Positions 36,033 through 45,274 of a stretch of 64,000 nt of DNA are shown in pieces. The DNA is from a virus (lineage: Duplodnaviria > Heunggongvirae > Uroviricota > Caudoviricetes): IMG/VR virus record IMGVR_UViG_3300047554_000375; one strand, written 5' to 3'. Position numbers and translations under genes: made by a program. Position 1 is the stretch's first letter. Every line of letters starts with the position of its first letter. Below the pieces are notes generated by a model, which worked only from the letters and a program-made list of their open reading frames with translations, did not search any database and had not been told where the DNA came from.

Positions 36033-37228
36033 TTATCACCAACATGTCTGTCAATTCTATTGATAGACTTGGACATTATGAAGTAGGTAATCAGAGATTC
36101 CTACACAAACATATTGCGTTGTTTGAATCGAAGAGAACAAATCAAAAATTAAAATTTTATTTTAATGATGATGTTTTTGACCAGTATGATTGGACAACGG
36201 AGCCTGAGCCAGATACTGGCTTGGGTGAATTCTACAGACGCCGAGCGCAACAGTTGAGGGATAACAATGATTATCTAGTTCTATCGTATAGTGGTGGTCC
36301 AGATAGTCAGAATATCCTAGATACTTTCCTTAAATATGATATCAAATTGGATGAAATTGTAAACTTCAACAGTTACAAATCAACCAATGTTGTTGAAGGA
36401 ACTATTCACAACGCAGACTATCTCTATAATGTTAAACCACAAGTGGATGAAATCGTGAAGAGATATGGAACATCAAAAATGAAAATAACCATTCTTGATG
36501 AAGTTGAAATGTTGGATACAATCTGGAAAGAATTTAGAAAGCGTGATGAGCATGAGATATTGTTTGGTGCAAATAGTTTTCCTTCTGCTCCACTCTACAG
36601 AGGTTTCTGGATTAAACACACAAAACATATCTGGGATATGATCCTTGAAGGAAAAAAAGTTTGTGTGATATATGGAACAGATAAACCAACACTAAGAATA
36701 AGTGATGGAAAATATTCGATGGGTTTCAATGATATCTTTTCATGTGATACTGCTGGAATGATTCTATCTGATCCTGATTTGAAAGGGAGAAATTTTCTAG
36801 AGTTCTTCTATCAAAGCCCTGATGATGTTAAACTTATAATTAAGCAAGCACATGTTTTGAAAAGATATGTTGAAAAACTGGATCATCCAGGATATTTTGA
36901 ACCAAGAGAGCCATATTTTAGAATGGGTAATCGTCCACATTTATATTGTGAGAGTAAAGAATATAGTGGTAATCTGAAATACAAATACTTCCATGAGACA
37001 ATTTATCCTGACTGGAAACCTGTGTTCATAACACCTAAAGAAGGATTTCTGGGTAACAGACCTCTGGATAATTGGTGGGTAGATAGTATGGACAAATCAG
37101 TATCATCAATATGGAAACATGGAAGTGAAGAAACTTTTAAAAAATTCAAGGACATTTTAAAAGTGGGTACAACAGGTTTCACTGGATTACCATTGACAAT
37201 GAGCAAATATTATTCCCTGGAGAAATAA
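36029..37228 (+). CDS. PP-loop ATP pyrophosphatase superfamily protein (paralog B)
   Basis: LVLSYSGGPDSQN motif; paralogous to 30776-31870 (both have YDWTTEP...RDN.DYL.L.YSGG.DS.NIL.TF). Confidence 0.75.
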   Translation: MIITNMSVNSIDRLGHYEVGNQRFLHKHIALFESKRTNQKLKFYFNDDVFDQYDWTTEPEPDTGLGEFYRRRAQQLRDNNDYLVLSYSGGPDSQNILDTFLKYDIKLDEIVNFNSYKSTNVVEGTIHNADYLYNVKPQVDEIVKRYGTSKMKITILDEVEMLDTIWKEFRKRDEHEILFGANSFPSAPLYRGFWIKHTKHIWDMILEGKKVCVIYGTDKPTLRISDGKYSMGFNDIFSCDTAGMILSDPDLKGRNFLEFFYQSPDDVKLIIKQAHVLKRYVEKLDHPGYFEPREPYFRMGNRPHLYCESKEYSGNLKYKYFHETIYPDWKPVFITPKEGFLGNRPLDNWWVDSMDKSVSSIWKHGSEETFKKFKDILKVGTTGFTGLPLTMSKYYSLEK

Positions 37229-37452
37229 TGAGATATTATATTCGCTACAATGTTGACCATAAAAATGGTAAAAGTGACTTGCCATGGAAAGTATTTGAAT
37301 CCGAAGATAAATTTTACTTGACAAGAAATGTAATTCTCTATACAATATCATGGACTGGTGACACACCGTTTCCTGACGGTGGTTTCAAGTACAGCATCTA
37401 TTGTGATGGAAAAATGACTTCTTGTGATGAGAATGAAATTGTGATAGAATAA
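37228..37452 (+). CDS. hypothetical protein
   Basis: ORF track, ATGA overlap. Confidence 0.55.
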   Translation: MRYYIRYNVDHKNGKSDLPWKVFESEDKFYLTRNVILYTISWTGDTPFPDGGFKYSIYCDGKMTSCDENEIVIE

Positions 37453-37454
37453 AT

Positions 37455-37785
37455 AGATGTATGGTTGTATGAAGCAACTTGAAAAGTGTTCTGGACGGGG
37501 GTTCGAATCCCCCCATCTCCACCAAAAGCATATACAGGTTTAAGTCCTGAGTGATACGGTGACCGAATCCGTACTTCCAGATTTGGGTGTGCTTTTGATG
37601 GGGATGCACTTGGTTTCGACAGGGCAACAAGTATAGAAGTGGACAACTTATCAGAGTAGATATAAAAACTAAATAAAGTAAACGCAAACGATGAAAAGTT
37701 CGCATTGGCAGCCTAAACGCTGACTAGGGTTTCGGTGGATTCCTCGTAACAGAATATCCACCACTTTACACATACACAACACAGG
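37455..37785 (+). ncRNA. ssrA: circularly permuted (two-piece) tmRNA gene, tag peptide ANDEKFALAA
   Basis: T-arm CGGGGG-TTCGAAT-CCCCCC plus acceptor 3' strand CATCTCC-A-CCA at 37496-37524; the acceptor 5' strand GGGGATG...TTCGACAGGG starts DOWNSTREAM at 37600, with G3-U70; the tag reading frame GCA AAC GAT GAA AAG TTC GCA TTG GCA GCC TAA lies at 37684-37716; gene boundaries are approximate. Confidence 0.75.
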
Positions 37786-37792
37786 AGATAAT

Positions 37793-38056
37793 ATGAGTAT
37801 GAGTCCCTTTGAGATTCGCCTAGAATTACTGAAAATGGCAAAAGATATGCTAGAATCAGATTACTTCGGCGAAAGAGAAAAAATAGCCAACCAGTTCGCA
37901 ATGGACTGTGATTCAGCAAAAGCAAAAGGTGCAGAGACCCCTAAGCATCCAGGCTATCCAAAATATCCATCAGAACAAGAAATTATCAACAAAGCACAAA
38001 CACTAAATGGGTTCGTGTCGATGTTGCCTGACGCCACAAAGCCGAAGAAATCCTGA
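37793..38056 (+). CDS. hypothetical protein
   Basis: strong RBS AGGAG. Confidence 0.65.
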   Translation: MSMSPFEIRLELLKMAKDMLESDYFGEREKIANQFAMDCDSAKAKGAETPKHPGYPKYPSEQEIINKAQTLNGFVSMLPDATKPKKS

Positions 38057-38097
38057 TGGAAGGACCGAATGGTTCTTAACACACAGAAAGGAAAAAT

Positions 38098-38655
38098 ATG
38101 CGAAGTATGCCTATACTTTTAAGTATAATGCTATCAGCAGTTATCTTAACTATGTCGATGGTAAATATCAGACAGCCAGATTTACCAATCAAAGCGAATT
38201 ATAATGTATTGACTGCGGAACTACAGAAACAAGTTAGTTGTCTAGCAGAAAACATTTACTTTGAAGCGGCACACGAACCACTAGAAGGTAAACATGCCGT
38301 TGGTTTCGTGACAATCAACAGAGTTCAATCTGGTAACTATGCTAATGATATATGTGGAGTTGTTCAACAAAAAGATGGTAATCTATGCCAATTTTCTTGG
38401 TATTGTGATAAGACAATTACCAACAAACGATTGACAATCAAACAAACTCCGTTGTATAATGAGATATTGCAGATTGCAACAAATCTTGTTGTAAACTTTG
38501 AGAGAATGACAGATGTGACAAACGGTGCAACTTACTATCATGCCAACTATGTTAATCCTGGTTGGACAAGATTGAAAAAAGTTGAAACGATTGGTAATCA
38601 CATTTTTTATAAACGCAGTTCGGACAGAATTGACAGAAATAAAGGAATCATATGA
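38098..38655 (+). CDS. SleB-like cell wall hydrolase (endolysin) with N-terminal signal-anchor
   Basis: N-terminal TM segment; YFEA(A/R)xEP...GKxAVGxVxxNR and QFSW core resembling the SleB/hydrolase-2 family. Confidence 0.8.
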   Translation: MRSMPILLSIMLSAVILTMSMVNIRQPDLPIKANYNVLTAELQKQVSCLAENIYFEAAHEPLEGKHAVGFVTINRVQSGNYANDICGVVQQKDGNLCQFSWYCDKTITNKRLTIKQTPLYNEILQIATNLVVNFERMTDVTNGATYYHANYVNPGWTRLKKVETIGNHIFYKRSSDRIDRNKGII

Positions 38656-38870
38656 ACAAAGACTTGATTACAATTTTAACTTGTGTTACAATTGTTATGT
38701 GTACCGTAATAATTGCAGGTTTTAATTACAATATCAATACACAAAACAACATGGCAAAAAACATTGAATCAGCCATCGCAAAGGGTGTTGATCCAGTATC
38801 TGTGAAATGTGCATACGAAACAAGTTCAAATGCAGTTTGCATCACATATGCGGCGACAGCGAAAAAATGA
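38652..38870 (+). CDS. small membrane protein (holin/spanin candidate)
   Basis: TM helix; directly downstream of the endolysin. Confidence 0.5.
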   Translation: MNKDLITILTCVTIVMCTVIIAGFNYNINTQNNMAKNIESAIAKGVDPVSVKCAYETSSNAVCITYAATAKK

Positions 38871-40042
38871 GTAAAACATTAGATGAAATTTTAAAAAGTA
38901 TGAATGTTGTAGCAAGTCCTGATAGACCTATTAGAGTAACAACAGCAGGAAGAGGAAGAAAATTTGGTGGAAGAAAATCTGGACGAAGACGCATATTTAA
39001 CAGTTGGACATGGAGTAGCGAAGAAATCGCATCACACAAAATGAGTAATGAGAAAATTTTTATTGGCGCATCGGATTATAGTGACTATCTGTATTCACAA
39101 TTATTGGATGCAAGAACAGTTGATGGTAAATCAACACTAAGTCGTGAATTGAAACTTCTTGGTGGACGTTCAAAGTGGCAAGAATTCATTGAAGATGAAT
39201 TTGATGGTGACCACATCCTAGAATTCCACGATTCTGCTGGAATTATTGTAACTGAAGGCAATAACTTCATTCGTTATAATGTTAGTTCAAACACAATCAC
39301 AGTTACCATTTATGGCGATGAAATTTTTCTAAAAAATGCATCAGACATTTTATTGAAACAATTCGAAGAAGTCACATCATATATCGAATGGGTTTATTCA
39401 AGCGATGGTAATGCAGTAAATGTTCCTTTGAATGTGGAACGACTGCCAGTTGATGAAATGTATCCTTTTCTGAAAGATGAAAAGTTGACAGACTACTATG
39501 ACCGTTTCCTTGAATCAAACGCAAACATTCTTTTGTTGATTGGACCACCAGGTACTGGTAAGACTACATTCATTCGTGGTCTATTGGCTCACAGTAACTC
39601 CTCGGCCATCGTTACATACGATGCTCAAATCTTGGAGAAAGACTATCTGTTTGCACGATTCATTGAAGATGAAACTGGTGTCATGGTTCTGGAAGATTCG
39701 GATAACTTCCTGAAAGCACGAAGTGATGGTAACACAATGATGCACCGCTTTTTGAATGTGGGTGATGGATTGGTTACAACAAAAGGTAAGAAGTTGATTT
39801 TCTCAACAAACTTGCCGAGCATCCGTGATGTTGATCCTGCGTTGATTCGACCAGGTCGTTGTTTTGATGTATTGTCATTTGACCAACTGAATGCTGAACA
39901 AGCAGAAAAACTTGCTAATCGTTTGGGTGTTTCATATGAAACTAAACCAGATGGTAAGTATAGCATCGCAGAGGTGTTCAATAAAAAAGTTGAAGGAACT
40001 GCCAACAATAAAGGTGTTGGTAAAAAAATGGGTTTTGTTTAA
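38867..40042 (+). CDS. AAA+ ATPase
   Basis: Walker A GPPGTGKTT, Walker B VLEDSD; the ATGA start lies inside track ORF 38807. Confidence 0.85.
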   Translation: MSKTLDEILKSMNVVASPDRPIRVTTAGRGRKFGGRKSGRRRIFNSWTWSSEEIASHKMSNEKIFIGASDYSDYLYSQLLDARTVDGKSTLSRELKLLGGRSKWQEFIEDEFDGDHILEFHDSAGIIVTEGNNFIRYNVSSNTITVTIYGDEIFLKNASDILLKQFEEVTSYIEWVYSSDGNAVNVPLNVERLPVDEMYPFLKDEKLTDYYDRFLESNANILLLIGPPGTGKTTFIRGLLAHSNSSAIVTYDAQILEKDYLFARFIEDETGVMVLEDSDNFLKARSDGNTMMHRFLNVGDGLVTTKGKKLIFSTNLPSIRDVDPALIRPGRCFDVLSFDQLNAEQAEKLANRLGVSYETKPDGKYSIAEVFNKKVEGTANNKGVGKKMGFV

Positions 40043-40052
40043 GGAGTATATT

Positions 40053-40325
40053 ATGGCTGTACAACAGTTTTCTATCAATCAAATCTCTAGTGAGGCAGAC
40101 CGCAAGAAATTGCTTGATGCTATCAAAGAGTGTTCTAATTCCATGATCCGTATGGATGGTGAAAAAGAATTTATCAAAGAGGCAGTAAAGAAGGTGTGTG
40201 ACGATTTGAAATTGCCTAAAAGAATTGTCAACCGTCTTGTCAAAGTTTATCATAAACAAAACTATGACGAAGAAGTGGCAACACACGAACAGTTCGAACA
40301 ACTTTATGAAACTATCGTTAAGTGA
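40053..40325 (+). CDS. hypothetical protein
   Basis: RBS AAGGAG; trimmed from track ORF 39891. Confidence 0.7.
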   Translation: MAVQQFSINQISSEADRKKLLDAIKECSNSMIRMDGEKEFIKEAVKKVCDDLKLPKRIVNRLVKVYHKQNYDEEVATHEQFEQLYETIVK

Positions 40326-40546
40326 TGCCAACAAAAGATGAGATGTATCAGTTCCAGTTGAAGATTGAAGAAATCGTGGCTGGTACTGATTACAATTACA
40401 TGGAAGCAATCGTTGATTATTGTGAACAAACTGGTATGGAGATTGAACTGGCTTCATCACTGGTAAACAAAGACCTTAAGGCAAAGATTGAGGTCGATGC
40501 ACAAGAATTGAACATGTTACCCAAAACTACCAGACTTCCTATTTGA
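40325..40546 (+). CDS. hypothetical protein
   Basis: ORF track. Confidence 0.6.
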   Translation: MPTKDEMYQFQLKIEEIVAGTDYNYMEAIVDYCEQTGMEIELASSLVNKDLKAKIEVDAQELNMLPKTTRLPI

Positions 40547-40565
40547 TTTGTGATATAATTTCGTT

Positions 40566-41147
40566 ATGACAGGTTATGAAGCATTTACATTGTATCATGT
40601 GTTGAAACTCCATTTCACCACAGACTATGATTATTTCAAATACAATGGAAAATCCAATATTAGCATCGAAGCGTTTGAGAAACGAAAAGACAAATACCAC
40701 TTCTACAAGTTGTCACGCAAATATGACACCGAGGAGTATAAACAGTTTTTAGTTTCCAACTTCTTTGTTGATGAAAAAACATGGGCAGGTTCTTTACTTG
40801 CCGATGATGCTCGTGAAGCACACATGGAACGATTGGCGGTAATTCAAGCAATGAGTTATCACTTCAAAAATGATTGTGCTTTGATAGCCGAAGAAGGAAA
40901 AATCAATGAACTTCTACACACAGATGGAGAATATCCTACACTACTCAACATGGTGTTGTATGCAGAAATCAAAGATGAAACCTTGTGTATATTGAATTCG
41001 CTGATGGGTTTCATGCCCATGTGGGAAAAAAGAATCGCTGATAATATCAGATATCCTTCCCTTCACAGAAAATGGATTAAATATACACCTTTTATTATGT
41101 TTGACCGAACCAAGTTTCGTGAAATTGCCTTGAAAGAATTACGATGA
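40566..41147 (+). CDS. hypothetical protein
   Basis: ORF track; extended -10 promoter TGTGATATAAT upstream. Confidence 0.75.
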   Translation: MTGYEAFTLYHVLKLHFTTDYDYFKYNGKSNISIEAFEKRKDKYHFYKLSRKYDTEEYKQFLVSNFFVDEKTWAGSLLADDAREAHMERLAVIQAMSYHFKNDCALIAEEGKINELLHTDGEYPTLLNMVLYAEIKDETLCILNSLMGFMPMWEKRIADNIRYPSLHRKWIKYTPFIMFDRTKFREIALKELR

Positions 41148-41635
41148 TTGAAAAGATTTATTTGGATATGGATGGTGTTCTCTGTAACTTTGAACGCCGT
41201 TACTTCCAGTTATACAATGAACTCCCAGGTTCAATGCGTGACCGAAAAGAATTCAGTAATCATTGGGACCACTTTATTGAGACAAAGCAATTTGAAACTT
41301 TGGAATGGTATCCTGGTGGAAAAGAATTGATAGATTTTTGTATGAAAACAAAACTACCAATTGAGTTGTTGACTTCATCTGGTGGACAAAAACACCACGA
41401 AGAAGTTGAACGACAAAAGCGTGTGTGGCTAGATATGAATGGCTTAGTTAAACTGAAGGCAAATGTTGTTGCTGGACGCAAACGCAAGGCTGAATATGCT
41501 ACACCAAAAACAATTCTTATTGATGATACACCTGATGTTATCCAAGGATTTAATGCCGCAGGTGGTATTGGTATTCTTCACAAAGAAATTGGTAATACTT
41601 TAATGATGTTGCAAGACAGAATTGAAAGTAACTAA
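41144..41635 (+). CDS. HAD-family 5'(3')-deoxyribonucleotidase-like phosphatase
   Basis: N-terminal DMDGVL motif. Confidence 0.7.
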   Translation: MIEKIYLDMDGVLCNFERRYFQLYNELPGSMRDRKEFSNHWDHFIETKQFETLEWYPGGKELIDFCMKTKLPIELLTSSGGQKHHEEVERQKRVWLDMNGLVKLKANVVAGRKRKAEYATPKTILIDDTPDVIQGFNAAGGIGILHKEIGNTLMMLQDRIESN

Positions 41636-41704
41636 ATAACATGATATAATGAATCATGTGGACAATTTTAATACAACGCATACAATTTATACAAGGAAAA
41701 TAAT

Positions 41705-42589
41705 ATGTCTTTCGCTAATCTAAAACGCAACCGTGACAGCCTAGAAAAACTTACTAAGGCTATTGAGACCACCACACAAACTGCTGAGGCTGGCTCTAAA
41801 GAAGATACCCGATTCTGGCAACCAACTGTAGACAAATCTGGCAACGGAATGGCCACTATTCGTTTCTTGCCTGCTCCAGGTGTTGACGGTGAAGATGGAC
41901 TTCCATGGGTTCGCCGTTTTGACCACGGCTTTCAAGGACCAGGTGGTTGGTTCATTGACAACTGTTTGACTACAGTTGGTGAAAAGTGTCCTGTTTGTGA
42001 ACACAACTCTACACTATGGAACTCTGGTATTGAAGCAAACAAAGATATCGTTCGTAAACAAAAGCGCCGCTTGAGTTATGTTGCGAATATCTTGGTCGTT
42101 TCTGATCCAGCACATCCAGAGAATGATGGTACTGTTCGTTTGTTCAAATTCGGTAAGAAGATTTTTGATAAAATCTCTGAAGCGATGAATCCAGAATTTG
42201 CTGATGAAACACCAGTTAACCCATTCGACTTCTGGGACGGTGCAAACTTCAAATTGAAGATTCGTAATGTTGAAGGCTATCGTAACTACGATAAGTCTGA
42301 GTTTGCTGAACCATCTGCATTGTTTGATGGTGATGATGATAAACTTGAAGCCATATACAAACAAGAGCATTCATTGAAGGACTTCACAGATAAGAAAAAC
42401 TTCAAACCATATGAGCAATTAAAAGCCCGTTTGGATAAAGTTCTTGGCTTTGAAGGTGATGCTTTGCCTAGCATTCGTGCTGAAGATGTTGAATTGCCAA
42501 CACCAAAAACAGTTCGTGCCGCACAAGCACCTGCCGCTGATATGCCAGAGGACGATTTGGATTATTTCAAATCACTCGCTGACGAATAA
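41705..42589 (+). CDS. 32: gp32-type single-stranded DNA-binding protein
   Basis: KSGNGMATIRFLP plus a zinc-binding Cys/His cluster (CPVCEH), resembling the T4 gp32 N-terminal core; acidic C-terminus. Confidence 0.9.
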   Translation: MSFANLKRNRDSLEKLTKAIETTTQTAEAGSKEDTRFWQPTVDKSGNGMATIRFLPAPGVDGEDGLPWVRRFDHGFQGPGGWFIDNCLTTVGEKCPVCEHNSTLWNSGIEANKDIVRKQKRRLSYVANILVVSDPAHPENDGTVRLFKFGKKIFDKISEAMNPEFADETPVNPFDFWDGANFKLKIRNVEGYRNYDKSEFAEPSALFDGDDDKLEAIYKQEHSLKDFTDKKNFKPYEQLKARLDKVLGFEGDALPSIRAEDVELPTPKTVRAAQAPAADMPEDDLDYFKSLADE

Positions 42590-42616
42590 ACATAACGATC
42601 CTTTCTCGCAATGTTT

Positions 42617-42640
42617 ACCCCGCCTAGTGCGGGGTTTTTC
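42617..42640. terminator. bidirectional rho-independent terminator between convergent genes
   Basis: CCCCGC-CTAGT-GCGGGG followed by TTTTT. Confidence 0.75.
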
Positions 42641-42641
42641 A

Positions 42642-44333
42642 TTAGTACATTCTGGCTAGTAGTCTACCGAAGTCTGAATCAAGCACATCGGCTGATGCGA
42701 TTGTTATCGGTGCCTGTTGTTGTGTTTGTGGTGCAGATGGTGCAGTAACATTCACAATTGGTGCAGTTGGTGACATGGACTCACGGGTCAAAGAAGCCAT
42801 TTGTGTGCTAGATTGTGATAGCGTTCCACCAGATGTGCCACCAGCGGAAGCCATCAAAACATTTTGTAGTGCTGATGCTGATGTTAAAACTTTATTTCCT
42901 GCAATACCTGTATAATCGGATGTTCCATCTGCTTTAGGCAAACTGGCCCAAGTGCCCGCTAGTTTACTTTGGAATTGTTCTAATCCAATTTTGCCTTCTT
43001 TGAATTTTTGATAACCTGCTCTATCAACTAGAATGCCTGCCAACTGATCCTGAACTTCGGGTGTAAATTTTTCTGAAGTTGAAATACCAGATTGTCTGAC
43101 CAAATCTTCAAGTGTGCCTTTTAAGAATTGATAACGACCAACTGCTGTGCTTGCGTGTCCTCTAGCAATCATACCTGATTGATAATTCATAACATCTTGT
43201 ATCGACATGTTTGTTAAGTCTGCGCTTTTTGGAGTATTGTTTCCATAAACCAACGCATTGTATTGTGCAGGACCACCTTCTTTGTTTCCAATGAAATCCA
43301 AAATTTGTCTTTTGCCGGCATCAATTTCTTTTGTTGGTGATGTATCACGACCAACACCTGCCCTTGTTTTATAGCCTTCCATTCGTTGTGCATTTAAAAC
43401 AAGTTCTTGTTTTCTTCTGGCTTCTGCCATAGCATCAGGACCAGCAAGATTTTCTCCGTATGAGTTTGTGCCTGTTACGAAATTTCCGTCCATAGCACCA
43501 GACATAGTTTCGGCTATTGATTGTGATGCAAGGTCTCTACCTTCTTTGCCGCCTTCTTTTTCTGCTCTATCTAAAATTTTATCGCTGAAGAATTTAATCG
43601 CAACAACTGCCGCAGTTAGACCTGCAGTCAATAAACCCAAAGGTGATAATAATGCACCTATTCCAGTTCTCAAAACTGTTGCCATACCTTCAAGTAAAGA
43701 AGTTACACCAGGAAGAATTCTCAATAAAGTTCCGAAAATACCTGTTACTGAACCAACCACGGATTTTAATCCGTCAAATATTTTAGAAACACCTAATGCT
43801 AAAGCGCCTGCTAAAATACCCAAGAAACCTTTGTCATCTTTCTTTTCGGAAACTTTTGTCGGTGCTGTTTGCTTTTTGGCGCCAAACTGTGCTTCATATG
43901 CACCTTCACGGTCTTTTGCGTTTGCAAAAAATGCATCTGCTTTATTCGTTGCAGTTCCACCTTGAAGTTTAACTAACTTGGAAATATTCTGGCGCATCAC
44001 ATTCATATCTCTTGCCATAGATGGTAGAGCCATTGAATTTTTAGCGGCAATCTGTGTGTTTGTGCCGATGGTGTCTAATTTATCGACAGATAGTGCAGCC
44101 GATTGTGATGATATTTTATCAACAGGAGTTTTTTCATTGATAGCAGAATAACCCTTACCGAAGATTTTTCTACCGATAAGTGAGCCAACACCAGAACCAC
44201 CGAATAGTGCGTTTCTGATATCCAATTTTTCAAGTGCTCGTTTGCCGGTGGCTGAAGCCAAACCTCCAACGATACCTTTGGATTGATATTCTTGTTTTAG
44301 AATGTTTGCTAGTCTACTGCTCTTATCTGCCAT
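42642..44333 (-). CDS. virion protein with a glycine-zipper TM-like core and a lysozyme-like domain (tape-measure/ejection-protein candidate)
   Basis: long G/A/L-rich hydrophobic segment; C-terminal region with ...GHASTAVGRYQF... muramidase/transglycosylase-like motif; lies in the structural block. Confidence 0.8.
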   Translation of the reverse strand: MADKSSRLANILKQEYQSKGIVGGLASATGKRALEKLDIRNALFGGSGVGSLIGRKIFGKGYSAINEKTPVDKISSQSAALSVDKLDTIGTNTQIAAKNSMALPSMARDMNVMRQNISKLVKLQGGTATNKADAFFANAKDREGAYEAQFGAKKQTAPTKVSEKKDDKGFLGILAGALALGVSKIFDGLKSVVGSVTGIFGTLLRILPGVTSLLEGMATVLRTGIGALLSPLGLLTAGLTAAVVAIKFFSDKILDRAEKEGGKEGRDLASQSIAETMSGAMDGNFVTGTNSYGENLAGPDAMAEARRKQELVLNAQRMEGYKTRAGVGRDTSPTKEIDAGKRQILDFIGNKEGGPAQYNALVYGNNTPKSADLTNMSIQDVMNYQSGMIARGHASTAVGRYQFLKGTLEDLVRQSGISTSEKFTPEVQDQLAGILVDRAGYQKFKEGKIGLEQFQSKLAGTWASLPKADGTSDYTGIAGNKVLTSASALQNVLMASAGGTSGGTLSQSSTQMASLTRESMSPTAPIVNVTAPSAPQTQQQAPITIASADVLDSDFGRLLARMY

Positions 44334-44432
44334 TTATCGCCTCTGCGCTTGCGCTTGTTTTAATTTTTCGTTTTCTTGTTCCAAATATTGCATCAACATA
44401 TTCACATAGATGATTCTTTCCCAAGGCACCAT
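44334..44432 (-). CDS. tiny coiled-coil ORF (32 aa)
   Basis: hand-translated; its stop overlaps the start of the downstream gene. Confidence 0.3.
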   Translation of the reverse strand: MVPWERIIYVNMLMQYLEQENEKLKQAQAQRR

Positions 44433-44521
44433 ATTCTCTAACTCTGTCAAACTGTATTTGTGGTGTTGCATCAATGCAAAATTCGTTTGGAAATGATTAG
44501 TTAGATTCTCATAACCAAACG

Positions 44522-45259
44522 TTAGCCGAAAAAATTTTGGATTCCTTCCAGTTCAATTTTCTCCTGATAGCCACATTTAACACAATTAAAGTCTAGTTGT
44601 TTTTTCAACTTTGGCATAGAACTGAAAAAGTCTTTCAACTTCTCCAAGTCTTTTGTCTGCATACTTTCCACAAAATCAATTAGTTCTTCTTCTTTAGCAT
44701 CCTTGGCATAATAAACATTATCTTTATCGTAAATGAAGTCAATACACTTGACGGTCATTTTAATAATAGAATCAACTTCCTGATTTGCGTCAAATTCTTT
44801 CAACAAATCAAAAGTTGGATATTTCATTGTGACACCCATGGTATCTGTAATTTGTATCGTCTTGTCAATCTTGACAGATTCTGGAGTAATCTCATTCAGA
44901 TTCAAATCAATCTCAACGATATGGTTACACTTCTTTTCTTCTTCATCATCCAACTTAGGAAGAATGTTGTTACACTTATAACGCAAATTTACAACTTCAC
45001 CAACAGAAACTGCACGAAGTTTCAGAAACAAATATTCAATGTCAAACAAAGGAAGTTCTTCAACATTAATTCCTTTTGTCATAATACAGTTATTCAAAAC
45101 CTGTTTGATTGTATCAATAACAGTATCAACTTCCTCACTCTCGTTTGCCATGAGAAATAACTTTTCCTCTTTAACTGTGAATGCTCTATACTTAACTGTT
45201 TTTCCTGTCGAAATCAATTTCGTGCTATAAACTGGCACATCAATTTTCGGTAAAGACAT
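44522..45259 (-). CDS. putative baseplate/tail assembly protein
   Basis: ORF track; lies in the structural operon. Confidence 0.7.
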   Translation of the reverse strand: MSLPKIDVPVYSTKLISTGKTVKYRAFTVKEEKLFLMANESEEVDTVIDTIKQVLNNCIMTKGINVEELPLFDIEYLFLKLRAVSVGEVVNLRYKCNNILPKLDDEEEKKCNHIVEIDLNLNEITPESVKIDKTIQITDTMGVTMKYPTFDLLKEFDANQEVDSIIKMTVKCIDFIYDKDNVYYAKDAKEEELIDFVESMQTKDLEKLKDFFSSMPKLKKQLDFNCVKCGYQEKIELEGIQNFFG

Positions 45260-45274
45260 AATAACTCCAAATAA

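Noticed and set aside
37455-37790. Host ssrA fragment carried as a prophage attachment site
   Set aside because: attP remnants carry only the 3' end of ssrA. Here both the 3' acceptor half and the 5' half with the tag ORF are present, in permuted order, inside a T4-like (lytic-type) genome with no integrase nearby.
37385-37925. Minus-strand ORFs 37385-37705, 37398-37646 and 37713-37925 from the six-frame track
   Set aside because: They lie antisense to the tmRNA gene and its flanks, have no RBS, and their translations are low-complexity. The region is explained by ssrA.
37600-37960. Standard one-piece tmRNA starting at GGGGATG (37600)
   Set aside because: A one-piece gene would need its T-arm/CCA 3' end about 350 nt downstream, where there is instead a well-supported CDS with an AGGAG RBS (37793-38056). 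The matching 3' acceptor strand lies upstream at 37514-37524, so the gene is permuted.
43468-43965. Plus-strand ORF 43468-43965 (165 aa)
   Set aside because: It is entirely antisense to the 563-aa minus-strand structural gene and its translation is proline/alanine-rich shadow sequence.
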